Source: Candidatus Kerfeldbacteria bacterium (GTDB lineage: Bacteria; Patescibacteriota; Patescibacteriia; UBA10025; JAHIVO01). Taken from it: DNA of 64,000 nucleotides. The stretch is from assembly GCA_047946875.1 (NCBI GenBank), contig CP181398.1, forward strand, positions 207,154 to 271,153, read 5' to 3'. Made by a program: the position numbers and the translations under genes. Positions 57,128 through 64,000 of the stretch are shown piece after piece. Position 1 is the first letter of the stretch. Each line of letters starts with the position of its first letter. The notes under the pieces were generated by a model. It did not search any database and was not told the DNA's origin. It was given only the letters and a program-made list of their open reading frames with translations.

Positions 57128-58201
57128 ATGAAAAAGCTCTTTGTCATATCGTTTTGCTTACTACTAGTTATTGGCTGTGGTAAACCGAAACATGATATTA
57201 TTCAGCCAGAAGTTTATACCAAGGCCGAAGTTGATTCATTATTGATTGTTCTTAGAAATAATACCAAACAATCAGTTGATCTATTAGTAGACAAACAAAT
57301 ACAAAATGATTCTTTGATTGTTGAAAATAGTTTGGAATTTAACAATTATCGCAAAAATATAACTGCGATTCAAATTCCTGATGAGGTTACTTTTTGTGGT
57401 CAGGTAATACCACTTGATCGCCCCGATGTCCGTCAGCGTTTTGAAAAGATTCTATATTTTTATACTGATAATCAACCTCAATTAATGTTGTACAAACAGC
57501 GTAGTAATCTTTTCTTTCATGTTATGGATAGTATGCTGATTGAAGCTGGACTATCGACAGATATCAAATACATTGCTGTGATCGAGTCAGCTCTTAGACC
57601 GAGTGCTCTATCAAGAGCTGGTGCTAAAGGTTTTTGGCAATTTATGTATTGGACTGCGGATGCACATGAGATTACTAATAATCACTCTGTTGATATGCGG
57701 AATAATTTAATTGCTTCAACAGCTGGTGCAATCTTATACTTAAAAAGTTTGTACGAAAAGTTTCATGATTGGTTTCTGGCTTTTGCTGGTTACAATCGTG
57801 GTGAGAATGGTTTAGCTAGGGACATTAAAGAGCAAGGAACAAGAGATTACTTTGAAATTATTTTCCCCCAGCGGGAAACTGAAGAGTATGTTCTTAGAGC
57901 TGCAGCAGTGAAGTTAATCCTTGAAGATCCTGATCGCTTTGGTATACCACAAGAGGAAATTATTCCTTGGGTAGCTCCGAAGAAGGAGATTGTTACGGTC
58001 CGTGTAAGAAATCGATTAAGAGTTCGTTGGGTAGCAGACTGGTGCGAGACCACTTATCGTCAGATCAAACTTTTTAACCCTGAGTTAAAAGGTGATAAAT
58101 GGGGACCGGGAAAGTATGAAATTTCCATCCCAGCTGGTCAAAGCGATCATTTTTATCAGGGCTTGAAAGATATTAAGTCTGGTAAATATAAAATACCTTA
58201 G
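57128..58201 (+). CDS. lytic transglycosylase (SLT domain) lipoprotein
   Basis: Lipobox LLLVIGC. SLT motifs …AVIESALRPSALSRAGAKGFWQFM… and …AGYNRGENG…. GGAGG RBS precedes the ATG at 57128. Confidence 0.7.
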   Translation: MKKLFVISFCLLLVIGCGKPKHDIIQPEVYTKAEVDSLLIVLRNNTKQSVDLLVDKQIQNDSLIVENSLEFNNYRKNITAIQIPDEVTFCGQVIPLDRPDVRQRFEKILYFYTDNQPQLMLYKQRSNLFFHVMDSMLIEAGLSTDIKYIAVIESALRPSALSRAGAKGFWQFMYWTADAHEITNNHSVDMRNNLIASTAGAILYLKSLYEKFHDWFLAFAGYNRGENGLARDIKEQGTRDYFEIIFPQRETEEYVLRAAAVKLILEDPDRFGIPQEEIIPWVAPKKEIVTVRVRNRLRVRWVADWCETTYRQIKLFNPELKGDKWGPGKYEISIPAGQSDHFYQGLKDIKSGKYKIP

Positions 58202-58212
58202 ATATTAAGACA

Positions 58213-58243
58213 AACGTCGGACAATTAAGTTCGGCGTTTTTTT
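58213..58243 (+). terminator. intrinsic terminator (acgtcgga…ttcggcgt plus T7)
   Basis: Hairpin with G-U pairs plus a T-run after the SLT gene. A paralogous copy with compensatory changes lies at 59135-59165. Confidence 0.55.
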
Positions 58244-58276
58244 ATTGTGTAAATTTTTTATAGAAGTAAGTAAAAA

Positions 58277-58285
58277 TGGTATAAT
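58277..58285 (+). promoter_or_regulatory. extended -10 promoter element TGgTATAAT
   Basis: Seen directly. Followed by a ~140-nt leader ending in a hairpin plus T-run (58358-58424) before the gene at 58486. Confidence 0.45.
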
Positions 58286-58485
58286 GTATATATAAGGTTA
58301 GCATTGTACTAATTTTATAGCCGTCACATTAAATTAAAAATTTAATAATTCAATAGTAACCTTCCCTATAAAGTATGCGCCGTCTTATTTTTAAGCCGTC
58401 GCAGAAATATGTGGAAGGTTTTTTATTTTGGAAAAATAAAAAATAAATTGATAAATAAACATTGAACTTTAAAAAGGAGAATCTA

Positions 58486-58935
58486 ATGCACCGATTTAAA
58501 ATCAAAACCTCACCAACAAGTAGAGGTGAATGGAAAGCAACTGCAATGAAAGGTCATAAAGAAGTTGCGGTATCTTATGGTATATCAAGACAGAAAGCGA
58601 TTGACGAGGTAATAAAGAAAATGCCTGAAGACAAACGCTTTAAAACTACAACTGGTCGAACGCCAAATGGTGCGGGATGTTTTGCAACTGTAAAGGATTA
58701 TCAAACCGGTGAGAGTTGGACGGGTAATCATTCATATGATACGGGTACAGCATTAAAAGAGATTGAACCATTATTACCAAAAGAATATTTCTTTCAAAAG
58801 AATGGTTCAGAGTATAGGATGAATGGTAGAAATGAGTGGGCTAGTCATCATGGTTGGAAAGCATTTGGAATTCCAGTAATCATAATGTGTGTAATTGTAG
58901 TTATTATTATGGTCTTAATTGGTAATCTACCATGA
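58486..58935 (+). CDS. hypothetical protein with C-terminal TM helix
   Basis: AAAGGAG RBS 7 nt upstream of the ATG at 58486. C-terminal hydrophobic IPVIIMCVIVVIIMVLIG. Confidence 0.45.
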   Translation: MHRFKIKTSPTSRGEWKATAMKGHKEVAVSYGISRQKAIDEVIKKMPEDKRFKTTTGRTPNGAGCFATVKDYQTGESWTGNHSYDTGTALKEIEPLLPKEYFFQKNGSEYRMNGRNEWASHHGWKAFGIPVIIMCVIVVIIMVLIGNLP

Positions 58936-59134
58936 TTAAATTGGGGATTATAGTTATTAATACTATTTTCCCCAATAAAAAAACTGGGCTAAATCCTGAC
59001 TAAGGCGAACATCCACATTTTACTTTTCAGTCAAGTCTTTGTCCCAGTAATACAGCTAAAAGAACTACTTATATTATATAGCTTTGTAGATTGATAGTCA
59101 ATGCGACTTGTACACAGGCGAATTAATGAATTTA

Positions 59135-59165
59135 ACATCGGACAATTGAGTTCGACGTTTTTTTA
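59135..59165 (+). terminator. intrinsic terminator, paralog of 58213-58243
   Basis: acatcgga-caattgag-ttcgacgt plus T7. Confidence 0.5.
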
Positions 59166-59291
59166 TGCTAAAATTAGGATATAAGAAAAATAAAAATAAA
59201 AGAGATCATATGAAAAATAATTTAATGAATAACCCAATATTTAAGGAGGGGATTTTTTGTATGGGCCAAAAACCTTTACAAAAGTCTATTT

Positions 59292-59972
59292 TTGTGGTAT
59301 GATAAAGGTATGAAAATAATAAATTCAATAAAAACATTTTTTTTAAAATATAAAATTAAGACACAGAATAATGGGATTGAATTTAGAATTGCACAAACGC
59401 AAGATGAAAAAGACGAAGTATATAAATTAAGATATAGTGTTTACTGCGAAGAAAAAAAATATTTAAAAGTAAGTGATTATCCAGATGGATTAGAGTTTGA
59501 TAAATATGATCCAATTTCTGATCATTTTATTGCTTTAAATAAAATAGGTAAAATTGTTGGAACATTAAGGTTGGTTCCAAGAGATAATAATTTATTTAAT
59601 GAAAAGAGAATTCCTTTAGAATATTATACCGATATAGAAAATCATATAAACAGTAAAAGCGTTGTTAGTGAATTGTCAAGATTTACTATAGATAAGAATT
59701 ATAGAACTAAATACTCAATTAATTTTGGATTGATAAAAAGGGCAACACTTTTTGCTTTAGCTGAAGGTATTACTCATTTTGCCATATCAACTTCTGTAAA
59801 TAGCAAAAATTATTTTGAAAGATTTGGATTTCATCAAATTGGAGAATCTTATATATATCAAAAATTACAATATAAATTACCTTCAATAACTATGATAACG
59901 AGTATACAAAAAGGATTAAAGAAGATGAGAGATTCAAATATAGGTTTTTATGATTATTTTATTTCTAAATAA
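59292..59972 (+). CDS. GNAT-fold N-acyltransferase of the LuxI/FeeM (autoinducer synthase / N-acyl amino acid synthase) type
   Basis: …VYKLRYSVYCEEKKYL…DHFIALNKIGKIVGTLRLVP…ELSRFTIDKNYR… resembles N-acyl amino acid synthase signatures. An alternative start is at 59310. Confidence 0.5.
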   Translation: MWYDKGMKIINSIKTFFLKYKIKTQNNGIEFRIAQTQDEKDEVYKLRYSVYCEEKKYLKVSDYPDGLEFDKYDPISDHFIALNKIGKIVGTLRLVPRDNNLFNEKRIPLEYYTDIENHINSKSVVSELSRFTIDKNYRTKYSINFGLIKRATLFALAEGITHFAISTSVNSKNYFERFGFHQIGESYIYQKLQYKLPSITMITSIQKGLKKMRDSNIGFYDYFISK

Positions 59973-59993
59973 ATTACTAAATAATTTTCTTAG

Positions 59994-62852
59994 ATGACAT
60001 TTACAAATTTAATATTATTATTTGCTGTATTAATAAATTTAATTATTGGAATAATAATATTTTTTAAAAATAATAAAAATCAAGTTAATCGGTCATTTTT
60101 ATTATTTATTATTGGAATTGTTGGTTGGATTTTAACTATTTTCTTTATTCAATATAATCAAAGTCTATTATTAGGTAAATTAGCTTTTGTATTTTCATCT
60201 TTAATGACTGCAAGTTTTTTATTTTTTTGTATTACATTTAAATCAAAGAGAAAAAAAATAAAATTTGTTTATTTATTACTTGTTTATTTGCCGGTCATTA
60301 TTTTTATTGTTAGTTTACCAACAAATTTTTTAGTTAAAGAAATTATTGATGTACACGGTATTCAAATTGAAGGGGTGAGGGGAATAGGTTATCCAATATT
60401 TTCAATTACTTTTTTTCTAGAATTATTGATGGGTTTCTATTTTTTGATTAAAAATTTTAAAGAATCAAGTGGAGTTTTTAAGATTCAATTAAGATACGTA
60501 TTTTTTGGAACTATACTTTTTGCATTTTTTGGTTCAATGACAAATATCATATTGCCATTACTTGGTTTGTCTCAATTTAATGGAATTGGTCCTTCATTTT
60601 CTGTTTTTATGGTAATTTTTATTGCTTATGCAATTGTAAAACATAAATTACTTGACATAAGGTTAATCGTACTGAGAACAATTTCTTATTCGTTAATTGT
60701 GTTATTCATTTCATCAGCAGTAGTTGGATTAGCAATATTATTACCAGAGGCAGTTGACGCAAATAATGTGGTGAAATCTTTAATAGCAATTGTTGTGTCA
60801 GTATTAATTGTACTTATTTTAGACCCTCTCAAAAAGGGTATCGCAAGAATAACTGATAGGTTATTTTTTAAAGCAAGTGTAGATTATAAAAAATTATTAG
60901 CAGATCTATCTCAAATTATAAATCGTGAGATTGATATGGATAGGTTACTTTTTTTAATGTCCAAGAAACTTGAAAAAGAGATAAAATTAAAGAATGTGAG
61001 TATTTATTTAGTTGGTAGTATTGGAGGGGCTTTTTATAAACGTAAAGGTAGGGTTGATAAAGATGGTAAGAAAATAACATTAGGTAATACTCATGAAATG
61101 AATGACACTGATGAGCATGATTTTAAGAGTAGAATTTCACATGATAATCCTTTGATAGAATATTTAAATGAATCGCAGGATATTATTGTACTTGAAGCAC
61201 TGGAAAGAAAAATAGAAGATACTCAAGATGACAAGCATAGAAAAAAGTTAGAATTATCAAAGAAATCACTAGATGAGTTAGATGCTGGAGTAGTCGCCCC
61301 AGTAAATGTTGGTAATAGTCTTAATGCTATTATGGTCTTCGGACCGAAACTTTCTGGTGATCCGTTTGGTAGTGAAGATATAGAATTATTTAAACTAATC
61401 GGACCACAGTTATCTTCAGCATTAGAGAAATCACGTCTGTATGATGAAGCGAAACAATTTACAGAAAGATTAAAAAAAGAAGTTGCTTTGGCTACAGAGC
61501 ATATGCGCAGTACCAATGTCCAACTCCAAGAACGTAATAGATTTTTATCAGCTTTACAAAAAGTTACATCTTTAATGACTCAGACTTTGGATTTCAATAA
61601 AGTTACGCAATCAATCGCTGATAGTATCTCTACCGAGCTTGGATATCTTGGAGGGATAGTTATGTTCCTAGGTAAAGATAGACATAAATTATTTCCTGAT
61701 GCGGTTACTGAGACGCCAATGATTAAAAAAGCTTTGAAATTATTACCAAAACCTTATACAGAATTTTATGGTGATTATCGTAAAGACAAAAGTAGGACTA
61801 TCACCGCTATTAAAGATGGTAAAGTGCAGATAGGACATGATCTTAATGATTTTATCGGTCCTGCTGTGCCTAAGTTAGTTAGTAAAGCTATCCAAAAATT
61901 AGTTGGTGTTAAAACAATAGTTGCAATACCAATTTTCTCTGAGAAGAAAGCAATTGGTGTAATAGATTTTTTACTTAAAGATGAAGCTGATGAAATAAGA
62001 GAAACGGATTTATCAATCATGAAAGCCTTAGCTAATCAAACGGGGATTGTGTCTAGAAATATTGAATTATACAAACAGGTTCAAGACTCGAACAAAGAAT
62101 TAGCTGAAGCTAATGTTCACTTGCAACAGCTAGATCAATCTAAGTCAGAATTTGTATCTATCACTTCTCATCAATTACGTACACCGATGACAGGAATAAT
62201 GGGTTATCTGTCTATGATTTTGCAAGGGGACTTCGGTAAGGTACCAAAAGAACAAAATGAGGTTTTGACAAATCTATTAGAAGAATCACAACGCATGATT
62301 AGAATTATTAATTTATTCCTAAATGTTAGTAAGATTGAATCAGGTAAAATGGAATTAAATCTAGAAGAAGTTCAGATAGAGGACGTAGTAACAAAAGTTA
62401 TTGCCATGGTCCAACAACCTGCTGATGAAAAAGGATTGAAATTAATTTATAATAAACCGGCGAAACCATTAGCTAAAGTCTGGGGAGACAAAGATAAGCT
62501 TGGTGATATTGTTTTAAACTTTACTGATAATGCTATCAAATATACTGAGAAGGGAACTATTACTCTGACTACGAAGGTAGAAGGAGATTATATGCATTTT
62601 GCAGTTAAGGATACTGGTCGTGGTCTTGATAAAGCAGAAGCAAAGAAATTGTTTACAAAGTTTGTTCGTGGTTATGGTATTGCTCAAGTTAATCCAGATG
62701 GATCAGGATTGGGTTTGTATGTAGCTAGAAGGTTGGCAGAAGCTCACAAAGGAGAAATTTGGGTAGAATCAGACGGCGTTGGTAAAGGTTCAATTTTTCA
62801 AGTGAAAATACCATTGGCTAATGGTCAAAAGGTAGTAAAACCGAAAAAATAA
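59994..62852 (+). CDS. sensor histidine kinase: N-terminal 7TM sensor domain, GAF-like regions, HisKA and HATPase_c
   Basis: 7TM N-terminus paralogous to the two orphan sensors. H-box ITSHQLRTPMTGIMGY. G-boxes DTGRGLD and GSGLGLYVARRL. Confidence 0.8.
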   Translation: MTFTNLILLFAVLINLIIGIIIFFKNNKNQVNRSFLLFIIGIVGWILTIFFIQYNQSLLLGKLAFVFSSLMTASFLFFCITFKSKRKKIKFVYLLLVYLPVIIFIVSLPTNFLVKEIIDVHGIQIEGVRGIGYPIFSITFFLELLMGFYFLIKNFKESSGVFKIQLRYVFFGTILFAFFGSMTNIILPLLGLSQFNGIGPSFSVFMVIFIAYAIVKHKLLDIRLIVLRTISYSLIVLFISSAVVGLAILLPEAVDANNVVKSLIAIVVSVLIVLILDPLKKGIARITDRLFFKASVDYKKLLADLSQIINREIDMDRLLFLMSKKLEKEIKLKNVSIYLVGSIGGAFYKRKGRVDKDGKKITLGNTHEMNDTDEHDFKSRISHDNPLIEYLNESQDIIVLEALERKIEDTQDDKHRKKLELSKKSLDELDAGVVAPVNVGNSLNAIMVFGPKLSGDPFGSEDIELFKLIGPQLSSALEKSRLYDEAKQFTERLKKEVALATEHMRSTNVQLQERNRFLSALQKVTSLMTQTLDFNKVTQSIADSISTELGYLGGIVMFLGKDRHKLFPDAVTETPMIKKALKLLPKPYTEFYGDYRKDKSRTITAIKDGKVQIGHDLNDFIGPAVPKLVSKAIQKLVGVKTIVAIPIFSEKKAIGVIDFLLKDEADEIRETDLSIMKALANQTGIVSRNIELYKQVQDSNKELAEANVHLQQLDQSKSEFVSITSHQLRTPMTGIMGYLSMILQGDFGKVPKEQNEVLTNLLEESQRMIRIINLFLNVSKIESGKMELNLEEVQIEDVVTKVIAMVQQPADEKGLKLIYNKPAKPLAKVWGDKDKLGDIVLNFTDNAIKYTEKGTITLTTKVEGDYMHFAVKDTGRGLDKAEAKKLFTKFVRGYGIAQVNPDGSGLGLYVARRLAEAHKGEIWVESDGVGKGSIFQVKIPLANGQKVVKPKK

Positions 62853-63000
62853 GTTTAGTAATATCTAGAATTTTAATTCAAGTAGTTTTTTGGTATATAT
62901 AATAAGTAGTTATTGACATTTGTTTAAGTAGATGGTAAATTATTTAGAAAATTAGCTCTTTGAAAATTAAATATGATATATAAAGAAATGAGGAATAATT

Positions 63001-64000
63001 ATGTCACTTCGAGTCGCAGCAATAGCTGCACCAGGTTATCTGAGAGGACGACCTGCGGGTACCACATTAGCCAGTAAAGATCCAGCAAGTCTATATAATG
63101 CTTGTCGGTATGCTGCTCATTTAGCAGATAATAGTACTGGTTTATGGGGAGATAGTAATTGGGCAGACGGCAGAAAGTCGAGACGCTCATCAGTGCTATT
63201 ATTAAATTCTTTGCAGGAAGATATGCAGGAATTTGAAGAAATGTTATTACGTGTTAAGCCTAATTTGCTTTTGATCGGTTCGATGACTTTATGTCTTCTT
63301 GGAGCGGTTGAATGTGCAAAAAAAGCTAGAGAAATGTTTGGCGATCAGATATGTATAGTTCTTGGTGGTAAGCATGTTAATGAGTCAGTTTATATTGATC
63401 AAGGAACTGGTCAGATTACTCATCATGTTAGCTCACCATTACGTTTGGTGGCTGATGGTCATATAGATAATATTTTTGATCTTGTAATTGCTGGTGAAGG
63501 GGAATATGTAATTGCTAAAATTGGAATGGTTGTCAGCATGCTTGATAAAAGAAAATCATCATTAGCTGATATAAAAAAATCATTATATTATCTTTCTCAA
63601 GCTCAAGGTAATTATATTATTGGCACGGTTGTTAATAATGATATAAGAGTTGTCCAGAGTAGAGGATTACCAATTGATAGAAACACATTACCGTCACCAA
63701 GTAGTATGTTTGGTATACAAACATCGTTTGATATATACCCTGGCACCAAAACTGCTCATGTTTTTAGTGATACTGGTGGTGGATGTGTTTTGAATTGTGA
63801 TTGGTGTAGTGAGTGCCTTTTGGTAAATGGTTCACTCAAGCAAGTGAACACTAGTGCTAATCGGTTGTATAGGCAATTGCAAAGTGCGATAGAAGTAGTT
63901 AGTCATGATAGTCCTGGTTATAAAACTAGTGCATTTGTTGAAGACTCAATAATGTTGGCTTCAAGTCCCAGACAGTTAAAGATGTTTTCGACTTTATTAG
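63001..64000 (+). CDS. B12-binding-domain radical SAM protein (partial; continues beyond the window end)
   Basis: Own translation, frame open to the window end. N-terminal Rossmann-like B12-binding-type region (…LLLIGSMTLCLLGAVECAKKAREMFGDQICIVLGGKHV…) then the CxxxCxxC radical SAM motif (CVLNCDWC). Confidence 0.6.
   Translation, partial: MSLRVAAIAAPGYLRGRPAGTTLASKDPASLYNACRYAAHLADNSTGLWGDSNWADGRKSRRSSVLLLNSLQEDMQEFEEMLLRVKPNLLLIGSMTLCLLGAVECAKKAREMFGDQICIVLGGKHVNESVYIDQGTGQITHHVSSPLRLVADGHIDNIFDLVIAGEGEYVIAKIGMVVSMLDKRKSSLADIKKSLYYLSQAQGNYIIGTVVNNDIRVVQSRGLPIDRNTLPSPSSMFGIQTSFDIYPGTKTAHVFSDTGGGCVLNCDWCSECLLVNGSLKQVNTSANRLYRQLQSAIEVVSHDSPGYKTSAFVEDSIMLASSPRQLKMFSTLL

Noticed and set aside
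58951-58985. Hairpin ttgggga…tccccaa as a terminator
   Set aside because: It is followed by an A-run rather than a T-run on the plus strand. There is no minus-strand gene for which it could serve.

Overview
This is an AT-rich, densely coded bacterial window of about 58 protein genes on both strands. I found no rRNA, tRNA or CRISPR. The gene content suggests a small-genome, Gram-positive-like organism. Archaeal-type UMP kinase, LPXTG surface proteins and few Shine-Dalgarno sites make a Patescibacteria/CPR-like origin plausible, but that is inference.

Housekeeping genes present:
- A rarA 3' fragment, a REP-associated tyrosine transposase (RAYT) and a DMT transporter.
- A NUDIX hydrolase pair, an ABC-2 transporter pair, a CBS protein, fpg/mutM, a DUF212 protein and uppP.
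- pcm, a manC-like gene, mltG, archaeal-type pyrH, rplJ-rplL and tsaB.
- A lexA-dinB SOS pair.
- A dcw cluster: mraZ-rsmH-ftsL-ftsI-HD-murF.

Accessory content:
1. A roughly 17 kb minus-strand cell-surface island (9.2-26.1 kb). It holds a Big_2 protein, a frameshifted CAP/SCP protein with a PT-repeat linker, a DUF11 LPXTG protein, a small LPXTG protein, a SipW-type signal peptidase fused to a lamin-tail domain, a TasA/camelysin-like protein with a SipW-cognate AFFSD signal, a 2336-aa LPXTG mega-adhesin and a second CAP protein.
2. A roughly 5.3 kb alpha-2-macroglobulin-like gene split by a frameshift at a T5 run. It carries a 129-aa intein-like Hint domain.
3. A signalling region with three paralogous 7TM-sensor proteins, only one of which is a full histidine kinase. 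It includes a LuxI/FeeM-like N-acyltransferase, a B12-binding radical SAM gene and two GIY-YIG nuclease genes. One GIY-YIG gene sits between synonymously recoded direct repeats of the host gene's 3' end. The other is disrupted by an in-frame TAG.
4. A dispersed family of GC-rich REP/MITE-like hairpin elements (TIR-like ends GTCATYCTGAGG / GTCATCGCGAG) lying in intergenic 3' regions. Two GC-rich hairpins are also embedded in-frame in the RAYT gene.
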